35,235 nucleotides of DNA from an uncultured Clostridia bacterium. Lineage in GTDB: Bacteria > CAYTYR01 > UBA6262. Of this stretch, positions 26,846 through 35,235 are shown piece after piece (within the stretch, counting starts at the first letter, position 1; each line of letters begins with the position of its first letter). The notes below the pieces were generated by a model. The model saw only the letters and a program-made list of their open reading frames with translations. It was not told the DNA's origin and did no database searches. The DNA lies in assembly GCA_964441745.1 (NCBI GenBank), contig CAYTYR010000018.1, positions 1 to 35,235 on the forward strand. The letters run 5' to 3'. The position numbers and the translations under genes are program-made.

Positions 26846-28291
26846 ATGAGCTTTAAGAATGTATTATTAGTCAATCCTCCATATTCCGGTAACCGGGTGC
26901 GGGTAGTATTTTCCGCCGGTTTAGGATATATAGCTGAATATTTAACACAGGCAGGAGTGGCTATTACGGTTTTGGATATGAGCCTGGGATACAGTTATAG
27001 AGACTTGAAAAAGAAGATCCTGTCTGTTGCTCCGGACCTGATCGCCTTTTCTGTTATGACGTATCATTACCAGGAAACCTACCAGCTGATCAGGAAAATA
27101 AAAAAAGATTTTCCGCATATCCCGATCGCGGCCGGCGGCCCGCATATTTCCCTGTGCCGCGAGGAAGTTTTACAGGCGTGCGACGGGTTGGATTACGGGA
27201 TCGTGCTGGAAGGGGAAGAGACCATGGCAGAACTTTGCCAGGGGAAGTCCCCGGGTGGGATCAAAGGATTGATCTTCAGGGACCAGGGTCGCGTGACTTA
27301 TAACGGTGACCGGCCTTTTATCAAGGACCTGGACCAGGTTCCTTTTCCAAAGTATAAGGCATTTGAACTGGAACGCTCACTAAACCGGGAAGTGAATGCT
27401 TTGCCGATCATCTCTTCGCGCGGCTGTCCTTTTGATTGTATATACTGCCCGGTAAAATGCTCCATTGGCGAAAATTTCCGCGCCCGCAGTCCGGAAAGCA
27501 TCTTGACTGAATTGTCTTATTGGTACGAGCGAGGCTGGCGCAGGTTCAGTTTTGGGGATGATAATTTTACTTTGGTCAAAGAGCGAGTGCAGCGTTTCTG
27601 TGAACTGGTCAAAGCCAGTAGCCTTTCCGGCTTGAAACTCAGCTGTGATAATGGGATCAGGGCAGACCGGGTTGACCGTGACTTGCTGCGCCTGATGAAA
27701 GAAGCCGGTTTTTACCGGATCGCCCTGGGTGTGGAAGCAGGGAACGATAAGATACTGAAAATTCTGAAAAAAAAGGAAAGTATCGTCACGATCAAAGCAC
27801 GGATACGGGAAGCTGCCGAACTGGGCTATGAAGTGGACCTGTTTTTTCTGGTCGGTTCGCCGGGAGAAACTATGTCTGACCTGGAAGATTCTTTCCGAAT
27901 CGCCCTGGAATCGCCGATAAATTGCGCCTATTTTTATAATATTATTCCTTTCCCGCATACTGAGTTGTATGACTGGATAAAACAGAGCGGTACACTGTTA
28001 GCAGACCCGGCAGAGTACCTGAATAATTACCCGATCTATGAACCCCGGCCGCTTTTTGAAACCAAAGAAATGCCGTACGCGCAGAGGAAGAGAGCGCTGC
28101 GCCGCGCTTTCCGTATCATGAGCCTGACCACGCAGCGCTCCTGGTCCAGGAGGCTGGTAAAGCTTGGCTGGCTGGGAGAAATACTGGCCTATCTTTATAC
28201 GCGCGGTTTTGTACAAAATATAATTTTACGGCACAAGTTTTTCAATAACCTGTTATACCGGATAGCAAAAAAGGCGGTTGCAGTCTCATGA
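26846..28291 (+). CDS. Cobalamin (B12)-binding radical SAM enzyme
   Basis: LVNPP, GLGYIA, GGPH, GEGE, SRGCPFDCIYC, DDNF and GVEAG. Confidence 0.92.
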   Translation: MSFKNVLLVNPPYSGNRVRVVFSAGLGYIAEYLTQAGVAITVLDMSLGYSYRDLKKKILSVAPDLIAFSVMTYHYQETYQLIRKIKKDFPHIPIAAGGPHISLCREEVLQACDGLDYGIVLEGEETMAELCQGKSPGGIKGLIFRDQGRVTYNGDRPFIKDLDQVPFPKYKAFELERSLNREVNALPIISSRGCPFDCIYCPVKCSIGENFRARSPESILTELSYWYERGWRRFSFGDDNFTLVKERVQRFCELVKASSLSGLKLSCDNGIRADRVDRDLLRLMKEAGFYRIALGVEAGNDKILKILKKKESIVTIKARIREAAELGYEVDLFFLVGSPGETMSDLEDSFRIALESPINCAYFYNIIPFPHTELYDWIKQSGTLLADPAEYLNNYPIYEPRPLFETKEMPYAQRKRALRRAFRIMSLTTQRSWSRRLVKLGWLGEILAYLYTRGFVQNIILRHKFFNNLLYRIAKKAVAVS

Positions 28292-30882
28292 GCAATACCA
28301 TAGTATCAGTGATCATAATCAGTCGCGCTAAAGATGACCTGAGCGGATTATTACGGGATATTGAAACTCAACAATTATCCTGCCAAACCGAAGTGATCAC
28401 CATCATTGGTATCGCTCCTCCCGGCAAAGCCAGGAATGAAGGCGCTAAAAAAGCCAAAGGAGAAATATTGGCGTTCCTGGACAGTGATATCCGGCTGGGG
28501 GATGATCTTTACCTGGCAAATTTAGTCAAGGCCCTGGCTGTTGATCCGGCACCTGGCGCGGCCTGCGCTTCTTTACGCTTACCGCCGCAAACTTCTGCTT
28601 TTCAAAAGTGCTATGCCCGGGAGATCGCCCATAATGAAACACCGGTAGTTGATGTTATGACTGAGGTGTATGTCGTACCTTCGGCCTGTTTTGCCATACA
28701 GGCAGAAGTGTTTACTAAGCTCGGCGGGTTTAATGAAGCAATGATCAGGGGGGAAGATTCTGAGCTTACCGCAAGAATAAGAAAAGCCGGATACCGTACC
28801 GTGCTGGCCCCGCAAACATGGTGTTTACATCCCTGTCCGGATAATTTTTGGCAACTGGCCAGGACTAATATTCGTAACGGGGCAGGCGTAGCTTTTGTGG
28901 ATACCAGGTATCCGCAGTTAAATTCAGATATCCATCCCGCAGGCATAACCCATTATTCAGCGCCTAAAACCAGGCCGGAACGGGCACTGAGGTTTTTCCG
29001 GACCGGGATTAAAGCCTTTAGCCAGGGGAAAATATTACTGGTTTCAGCGAAATTTTATTATGCCCTGGGATATAGTTATGGACTGGTCAAGTATAAAGTA
29101 TTAAAAGAGAAGGGTGTGCTTGCGTTTAATATGAGATTCAAAGATAAACTGTTTGACTTGGTCCAGGCAAGTGGCCCGGGTTATATCCTGGATCTTGGCT
29201 GCGGCAGCGGTACTGACCTGGAACGTATCGCGCTTACCGGCCGGGGAGACAGGATTTATGGCCTGGATAATTCCGCGGTGTCCCTGGCTGAAGCTAAAAC
29301 CAGATTGGCTGGCCGGCCGGGTTGCTACCTGGTGCAAGCCAGGGGAGAGGCCATCCCTTTCAGGGATAATTCTTTTGATATCGCTATTTCTTCTGAGGTC
29401 ATTGAACATACTCCCCAGCCGCTGGTTTATTTTTCCGAGGCCGCCCGTATTCTGAAGGATGACGGGGTGTTAATAGTAACGACGCCTTCTAAATATAATT
29501 ATATTACCTTGATCGGGAAAAGCGTTCCGGCTTCCCTGAAAAAAGTCTTGCGCCGGGCTGTTTATGCCGTTGCTCCGGGGAAAGATATCAATCCTCATTT
29601 TCGCGAATATACTCCCCGGGAGATGAAAATCATGCTGCAGTCCCAGGGGTTCATAGTTGAAAAACTCATCCCCGGTGTGATGAGGGTCCCAGCCTGGCAG
29701 CTTTTTGACAAGGTGCCGCTGTTGTTGGTATGCTGGAAGGGGATCGACTTGTTGTTGGGAACTTTACCTTTTGGCCGGCATTTAAAAGCGAATTATATCA
29801 TGGTGGCTAAAAAACTGGCGAAAGCAAAAAGTAAAATACTGATCATAAACCTGGGCGGCTTGGGAGATGTTTTATTGTCTGTGCCGGCCTTACAGGCTTT
29901 GCGCCGGCGTTATGCCGGCAGCGAGATCTCCTTCCTGGTCTCGGCCCGGAACTATGATTTTGCCCAAAGCCTGGCTATCGCGGACCGGGTCTATAAATTT
30001 TACCTGGAATATGGCGGCACGATACCAGGCGGAAAAATAGCCAGGGATATCGGGACGGTAAATTCTTTTCGCCGGCGGAAATTTGACCTGGCGGTCAATA
30101 TGCGCACCCTGGCCTCTCACCAGAGCGCCCGGAAAATGAAACTGTTACTGGCCCTGATCAATCCCAGGGTAAAAGCCGGGCGGGATACTGCCGGCCGGGG
30201 AGATTTTTTTGATATTAAGATCCCGGAAACAGATCCAGGACAGTCATATGAAATGGATTATGATATAGCCACAGCCGCTGCTTTGGGAGCCACAGTAACA
30301 AATAAAAAAATCACGCTCAAGATAGATGAACAAGCCAGGCAAACCATGAACCAGGTCCTGGCTCGCGAAAATATAACCGCGGCTGATATTTTGATCGGGA
30401 TCCATCCCGGAGGATTACTCTCCCGCCGCTGGCCAAAAGAAAGATTCAGGCAGGTAATAGAGGAACTGCGGCAGCGGGTGACCTGTAAATTTGTGCTCAC
30501 CGGCTCAAAAGATGAATTCAGGTTGGCGGAAGACCTGGCCGGGGCAAACAAGTCTCAGATAATCAATCTGGCCGGGAAACTTACTATACTGGAATTGGAA
30601 GCCCTCGTTGAACGTTGCCGGATATTTCTCACAAATGATACCGGGCCGATGCACCTGGCCGCTGTTTTAAACACGCCGCTGGTGGCTATCCTGGGACCGG
30701 GAGAGATCATCAGGTTTGACCCGAGGAATATCTCAGACCAGGCGGTAGCGCTTTACCATAAGGCTGATTGTGCTCCTTGCAGCAAAAAAGAATGCGCTTC
30801 GTTAAAATGTTTGCAGGCTATTACCGTGACAGATGTGGTTGCCGCAGTAATAGATCTGCACCAGAAAACGGAAAGAAGGTAA
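28288..30882 (+). CDS. Fusion of GT2 glycosyltransferase, class I methyltransferase and GT9 (heptosyltransferase-like)
   Basis: GT2: ARNEGAKKAKGEILAFLDSD and GEDSEL. MTase: LDLGCGSG and EVIEH. GT9: LGDVLL, IHPGG..RRWP and TNDTGPMHLAA. Confidence 0.88.
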   Translation: MSNTIVSVIIISRAKDDLSGLLRDIETQQLSCQTEVITIIGIAPPGKARNEGAKKAKGEILAFLDSDIRLGDDLYLANLVKALAVDPAPGAACASLRLPPQTSAFQKCYAREIAHNETPVVDVMTEVYVVPSACFAIQAEVFTKLGGFNEAMIRGEDSELTARIRKAGYRTVLAPQTWCLHPCPDNFWQLARTNIRNGAGVAFVDTRYPQLNSDIHPAGITHYSAPKTRPERALRFFRTGIKAFSQGKILLVSAKFYYALGYSYGLVKYKVLKEKGVLAFNMRFKDKLFDLVQASGPGYILDLGCGSGTDLERIALTGRGDRIYGLDNSAVSLAEAKTRLAGRPGCYLVQARGEAIPFRDNSFDIAISSEVIEHTPQPLVYFSEAARILKDDGVLIVTTPSKYNYITLIGKSVPASLKKVLRRAVYAVAPGKDINPHFREYTPREMKIMLQSQGFIVEKLIPGVMRVPAWQLFDKVPLLLVCWKGIDLLLGTLPFGRHLKANYIMVAKKLAKAKSKILIINLGGLGDVLLSVPALQALRRRYAGSEISFLVSARNYDFAQSLAIADRVYKFYLEYGGTIPGGKIARDIGTVNSFRRRKFDLAVNMRTLASHQSARKMKLLLALINPRVKAGRDTAGRGDFFDIKIPETDPGQSYEMDYDIATAAALGATVTNKKITLKIDEQARQTMNQVLARENITAADILIGIHPGGLLSRRWPKERFRQVIEELRQRVTCKFVLTGSKDEFRLAEDLAGANKSQIINLAGKLTILELEALVERCRIFLTNDTGPMHLAAVLNTPLVAILGPGEIIRFDPRNISDQAVALYHKADCAPCSKKECASLKCLQAITVTDVVAAVIDLHQKTERR

Positions 30883-30886
30883 TTTA

Positions 30887-31621
30887 TTGCAGCTGATCGA
30901 CTTTAAGGAAAGAATCAGGAGAGTATTACAGTTCCTTTTTGCTTTAGCCGTTTACCGGGATTTTAAGGCGCTGGTTGCTTTGTTAAAAGTGGGCGAACTT
31001 GGGCATCTTACTTCTTTTGTTGAAAGTGATTTCCTGTATCGCTGCGCTAAAAACGGCTGGGGTGACGGTGTGATCGTGGAAATCGGCAGTTTTAAAGGCC
31101 GGACCACCATTTGCCTGGCTTTAGGCAGTAAGATGAAGGGCCGGGAAAAAGTCTATGCCGTCGACCCGTTGCCTGACTTGTCGATACGTGAACGTTTTAT
31201 CCAAAACCTGAAACAGGCGAAAATTATGGACCAGGTGGTGCCGGTGTTCCAGAAGTCTGACGATGCGGTACGGGATTTTAGCGTTCCGATCAGGCTGCTT
31301 TTTATTGACGGTAATCATGAGTACGAAGCGGTAAAAAACGATATTCTCTTATGGAAAAGCCATGTCATAGACGGCGGCATCATTGCGTTCCATGATTACC
31401 TGCCGGAAAGCCACCCGGCTTTTTTGGAAGGAGTCAACCGGGCGGTAAATGAGTTAGCGCTGCATTCAGGAGAATTCGTGGTTGAGGGACGGATCGATTC
31501 CATTATTTTTGTATCCAAGAAAAGGACTGAAAATAAGCCTTTATTCACTCAGGTCAACAAAATAAACAAATTCAGGGAATATTGCAAGGCCAAACTGGAT
31601 CGTTCCTGGTTTAAATACTAG
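30887..31621 (+). CDS. Class I SAM-dependent methyltransferase (Methyltransf_24-like)
   Basis: VEIGSFKGRTT, LLFIDGNHEY and IAFHDY. Confidence 0.88.
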   Translation: MQLIDFKERIRRVLQFLFALAVYRDFKALVALLKVGELGHLTSFVESDFLYRCAKNGWGDGVIVEIGSFKGRTTICLALGSKMKGREKVYAVDPLPDLSIRERFIQNLKQAKIMDQVVPVFQKSDDAVRDFSVPIRLLFIDGNHEYEAVKNDILLWKSHVIDGGIIAFHDYLPESHPAFLEGVNRAVNELALHSGEFVVEGRIDSIIFVSKKRTENKPLFTQVNKINKFREYCKAKLDRSWFKY

Positions 31622-31640
31622 TATATGGATGTAAGAATTC

Positions 31641-31686
31641 CTATACTTGATTACACCGATTTCGAAGAGAGATTACACAGATAAAG
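31641..31686. repeat. Dispersed ~45-bp repeat, copy 2
   Basis: ctatacttgattacaccgatttcgaagagagattacacagataaag aligns with 134-177. Confidence 0.7.
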
Positions 31687-31700
31687 AATAGGAAAGCACT

Positions 31701-32369
31701 ATGTTATTGCTGGAAAAGATGTATGCCTATCTGCTCAAGGCCATGTCAAAGCCCGGGGAACAGGGAGAATATTCAGGCGGGCATTGGCAGGCTGCAGTGA
31801 GAGCCGCGGCCCTGGATGTCAGCGCCACAACCTCCGGCCGCTTGCTGGAAGTAGGTTGCGGCGAAGCATTGTTCCTGGCGGAATTAGCGCTGGTTAACAA
31901 AGCGCTTGAACTTCATGGCGTGGATAATTGGGAACAGATATTACTGCGGGCCAAAGAAAGACTGGCTGGTAAGGAAATAGGCGTAATAAAACTTTCCCTG
32001 GCTGACGGCGCGAAATTGCCTTTCGCGGATTCTTATTTTGAGACAGTGGTTTGTATCAATACTATTTTTAACCTGGATTCATTGGCGACGGTGAATAAGG
32101 TTCTCCAGGAGATATCCAGGGTTTGCAAAAAAGGCGGCAAGGTGATCATTGATTACCGGAATGCCCATAACCCGTTATTGTATTTCAAATATAAGCTGGC
32201 TCCGTATTATGACCATACGGTGAAGGATTTACCCTTAAGGACATACCGGCTGGCAGAACTCCAGCCGCTCCTGGATGCAGCCGGCTTGAAGATAACCAGG
32301 AAGATACCTATCGGCTTCCCGCGGACGGGAATCGCTCCGATCATGATCCTGGAGATAGAGAAAATATGA
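31701..32369 (+). CDS. Class I SAM-dependent methyltransferase
   Basis: LLEVGCGE, LPFADSYF and RVCKKGG. Confidence 0.88.
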   Translation: MLLLEKMYAYLLKAMSKPGEQGEYSGGHWQAAVRAAALDVSATTSGRLLEVGCGEALFLAELALVNKALELHGVDNWEQILLRAKERLAGKEIGVIKLSLADGAKLPFADSYFETVVCINTIFNLDSLATVNKVLQEISRVCKKGGKVIIDYRNAHNPLLYFKYKLAPYYDHTVKDLPLRTYRLAELQPLLDAAGLKITRKIPIGFPRTGIAPIMILEIEKI

Positions 32370-33547
32370 AGATCAAACGCTTATCACAAGTAGGGGCCCC
32401 GTTAAGCTGGATTGATTTAGGTTGGGGATTCCAGGGAATGATCTATGACCAAAAAGTGGCTTTTGCCAAAGCCCTGGCTGAATTCTTGACGATTAAAAAT
32501 ATTTATTTGACGAATTCCGGGCTGACTGCTTTTTATCTTATCTTGCAGGCGCTGCAGGAATCCTCGTCTAAAAAAGAAGTGATCTTGCCGGCTTATACTG
32601 CTCCTTCCCTGGTGTTGCCGATCATCAAAGCCGGGCTGAAACCGATACTCTGCGATATTTCTGCCAAAGACTTTAACCTTGACCTGTCGCTGGTACCGGG
32701 AGTTGTGACCAGTGACACCCTGGCTATTGTCATGCCGCACATGTTTGGTTTAGGAGTGGCTGGCATAGAGAATTTTAAAAAAAGCCGGCCAGATATATGT
32801 GTCATTGAAGATTGCGCCCAGGCCTGGGGGACAAAGATCAATAACCAGCCTGCGGGTACTTTTTCGGATATTTCCTTTTTTAGTTTTAACCGCGGGAAGA
32901 ACCTGCCTACATACGGCGGCGGCTGTATCGCTACCAGGAACGACGAACTGGCAGCCAGGATCGAGATAAAACTCGCGCAGTTACCGCCGCTGGGATTAGG
33001 GCCGAAAATTTCCACCCCGTTTAAGATCATGACTTTTTCCCTGGCGAATCAGCCATATGTCTATGGCCTGGGGTATTCTTTGATCGCGAAATTCAAAGAT
33101 AATACTTTGCCCCAGGATTTTCCGGTCGGGCCATATTCTTCTTTCCAGGCTGGGGTAGGGATCGCCTTATTAAAAAAAACAGGGGACTTCAGCCAGCAAA
33201 GATTACGACATGCCCGCACCCTGATCGAGGGGTTGAAAAACACCACAGGGATCATTACCCCGGAGATATATCCAGGCACAGAGCCGGCGGTGCTGCGTTT
33301 GCCGGTGCTGTTTAAAGACGTGGCGCTCAGAGACAAAGTTGAAAAAGCGCTTGATCAGAATAAGATCGATACTTCGCGTTTATATGTAAAACCGATCCAT
33401 CAGTTCTTTGCTTTAGGTTATGGGAAGGAAGATTTCCCCGTAGCTACTGATTTTGCCGGAAAAATGCTGACCTTGCCGGTCCACCCATTAGTCACAGAGA
33501 CTGATCTGGAAATAATCCTGAAAATAATACGGGAGTCAATCGCTTGA
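32366..33547 (+). CDS. DegT/DnrJ/EryC1/StrS PLP-dependent sugar aminotransferase
   Basis: EVILPAYT, IEDCAQAWG, FFSFNRGKNL (PLP Lys), GGG and LTLPVHP. Confidence 0.9.
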   Translation: MKIKRLSQVGAPLSWIDLGWGFQGMIYDQKVAFAKALAEFLTIKNIYLTNSGLTAFYLILQALQESSSKKEVILPAYTAPSLVLPIIKAGLKPILCDISAKDFNLDLSLVPGVVTSDTLAIVMPHMFGLGVAGIENFKKSRPDICVIEDCAQAWGTKINNQPAGTFSDISFFSFNRGKNLPTYGGGCIATRNDELAARIEIKLAQLPPLGLGPKISTPFKIMTFSLANQPYVYGLGYSLIAKFKDNTLPQDFPVGPYSSFQAGVGIALLKKTGDFSQQRLRHARTLIEGLKNTTGIITPEIYPGTEPAVLRLPVLFKDVALRDKVEKALDQNKIDTSRLYVKPIHQFFALGYGKEDFPVATDFAGKMLTLPVHPLVTETDLEIILKIIRESIA

Positions 33548-34698
33548 ACGCACTAAGGAATTGGCGGAGATTTTTAAATAAAAGCCTCAAGCAGCCGGGA
33601 TATGCCTTAAAAGTATTTCTGAAAAGACTGGCCGGCTTTAACTCGTATGTCTTTGGCGCGGGGAAAAGCAGCTACCCAGAAGCAGTCACTTTATTTTTAA
33701 CGCACCGCTGTAACCTGCGCTGTAAAATGTGCGGCCAATGGGGCGAGGGAGGAGTGACTAAAAAAGATACCTCCCAGCACATCCGGGAAGAGTTATCCAC
33801 GGCGGAACTAGGAGCAGTGATCGATGACCTGGCGAGTTTCCGGCCCAATATTACCCTTTTTGGCGGCGAACCGCTGCTGTACCCTGGGGTAACGGACCTG
33901 ATCGGCAGGATCAAACAAAAGGGCATGCATTGCCTGATGATCACCAACGGGTCCCTGTTGGAAAAGGTAGCCGAGAAAATAGTAGACAGCGGCCTGGATG
34001 AGTTAAATCTTTCCCTGGACGGGAAAGGCGAAGAGCATGACCGGATCCGCGGTTTGCCGGGGTTGTTCGGCCAGATCATGGCTGGTTTGCAAAAAATAAA
34101 TTATTACAAAGAACAGAAAAACCGTAAACATCCTTTGATCAATCTGCAATGCACGATCAACCGGGATAATTACCAGCATTTGGAACAATTGACGGAAGTA
34201 GCCCGGCAGGTAAAGGCCAATGCCCTGACTTTCCATAACCTGATCTTCCTGGACCGGTCAATTATTCAGGAGCAGGAAAAATACAACCAGGAACTGGGTT
34301 GTGAGGCAAAGGCTTGGGAAGGATTTGTCTTTGAACCTGGGTTAGATGTGGAACTGCTATTTCAGAAGATCACCCATATTCAGACTGGCCGCTATCCGTT
34401 CAGCGTTGATTTTTATCCCAATTTCAGCCGGAAAGAATTCCTGGATTATTATCATAATAAAAACTATCGTCCCGCTGGCGGTTCTGTCCGCTGCCTCAGT
34501 CCTTGGATGGTCGCTTATATTTTCCCTGACGGGCAAGTTAAACCTTGCTTGAATTTTAGTTACTCGTACGGTACTATTAAAAGCAGTAAGTTTAGTGAGC
34601 TCTGGAATAATCCAGCGGCGATAAAATTCCGCCGGCAGCTTAAGGATAATAAAATTTTCCCTGTCTGTGCCCGCTGCACAGAGCTCTATAGGTATTAA
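33544..34698 (+). CDS. Radical SAM enzyme with SPASM/twitch-type C-terminal domain
   Basis: CNLRCKMC, GGEP and C-terminal CLSPW...PDGQVKPC...CARC. Confidence 0.9.
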   Translation: MNALRNWRRFLNKSLKQPGYALKVFLKRLAGFNSYVFGAGKSSYPEAVTLFLTHRCNLRCKMCGQWGEGGVTKKDTSQHIREELSTAELGAVIDDLASFRPNITLFGGEPLLYPGVTDLIGRIKQKGMHCLMITNGSLLEKVAEKIVDSGLDELNLSLDGKGEEHDRIRGLPGLFGQIMAGLQKINYYKEQKNRKHPLINLQCTINRDNYQHLEQLTEVARQVKANALTFHNLIFLDRSIIQEQEKYNQELGCEAKAWEGFVFEPGLDVELLFQKITHIQTGRYPFSVDFYPNFSRKEFLDYYHNKNYRPAGGSVRCLSPWMVAYIFPDGQVKPCLNFSYSYGTIKSSKFSELWNNPAAIKFRRQLKDNKIFPVCARCTELYRY

Positions 34699-34700
34699 TA

Positions 34701-35235
34701 ATGAAGAAGATTAGAATTGCACAAGTGATCACCAGGATGGATTGGGGCGGCTCGCCGGATATTGTGCGGCTGCTCTGCCAGGGTTTGGACCCGGAAATCT
34801 TTGAGATCACCTTGATCTTCGGGCGATCTGCTCATATCTCGCAGATTAATCAGCAATTTCTGGAGCAATTCAAGGATAGGACAAAATATGTCCAACAGTT
34901 ACAGCGGGAGATCAATCCTTTCAAAGACCTGGTCGCTCTGTTCAAGATCTATGGTATTTTCCGCCAGGGAAAATTCGATCTGGTGCAAACCCATACAGCC
35001 AAAGCCGGCATCCTGGGGCGTTTAGCAGCCCGGCTGGCCGGAGTAAAAAAGATCGTTCACTGCTCCCACGGGCATAATTTTTATGGCTACTTCAGGTTTT
35101 GGGGCAGCAAATTGGTGATCACAGTGGAAAGATTTTATGACCGGTTTTCCGACAAATTTATCGCGCTAACTGAATTAGAAAAAAGTGACCTGGTCAATTA
35201 TCGCGTTACCTCTCCTGGAAAAGTGGCAGTGGTCC
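34701..35235 (+). CDS. Glycosyltransferase family 4 (partial, runs off the window end)
   Basis: Translated by hand: MKKIRIAQVITRMDWGGSP...REINPFKD...DLVQTHTAKAGILGRLAA...VHCSHGH. Open to the window end. Confidence 0.88.
   Translation, partial: MKKIRIAQVITRMDWGGSPDIVRLLCQGLDPEIFEITLIFGRSAHISQINQQFLEQFKDRTKYVQQLQREINPFKDLVALFKIYGIFRQGKFDLVQTHTAKAGILGRLAARLAGVKKIVHCSHGHNFYGYFRFWGSKLVITVERFYDRFSDKFIALTELEKSDLVNYRVTSPGKVAVV

Noticed and set aside
27767-27774. A8 runs (also 9142-9149 and 33172-33179) as phase-variation tracts
   Set aside because: They are short, in frame and explained by Lys codons.
31625-31684. 19-aa ORF MDVRIPILDYTDFEERLHR
   Set aside because: It overlaps the dispersed repeat and has no RBS, so it is probably incidental.
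1-35235. CRISPR array, tRNA/rRNA, transposase or integrase
   Set aside because: No regularly spaced repeats, RNA gene signatures or recombinase motifs were seen by eye.

Overview
Bacterial genomic window, mid-GC. The gene style suggests a PVC-type lineage such as Omnitrophota, but this is a weak inference. There are three blocks. (1) 194-6588: a miniature Fis/NtrC-like HTH gene abutting glutamate synthase gltB-gltD. (2) 6640-14026: an HD-GYP phosphodiesterase gene followed by a tightly coupled putative RiPP cluster. It encodes a PqqD/RRE protein, a radical SAM/SPASM enzyme, an HPr-kinase-like kinase and an S26 peptidase/nucleotidyltransferase/GNAT triple fusion, with a convergent ABC-2 exporter. 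It also contains a 52-aa Cys-containing precursor peptide missing from the ORF track (9136-9294) that has a lasso-like YxxPxI leader and a C-terminal Ser. (3) 14098-35235: a GT-C membrane glycosyltransferase and a long Wzx/Wzy-type surface polysaccharide locus. It contains OPX/Wza, Wzc, Wzy/WaaL-like, TagF-like, deacetylase and Wzx genes, glycosyltransferases, five class I methyltransferase domains, two radical SAM enzymes and a DegT aminotransferase, and it runs off the end of the window. Non-coding structure includes a 164-bp palindromic MITE-like element, a ~45-bp dispersed repeat present twice, an AT-rich hairpin between gltB and gltD, and four sigma70-like promoters. The top candidate for an undescribed system is the RiPP cluster, which combines radical SAM chemistry with phospho-lasso-type tailoring enzymes but has no lasso cyclase.
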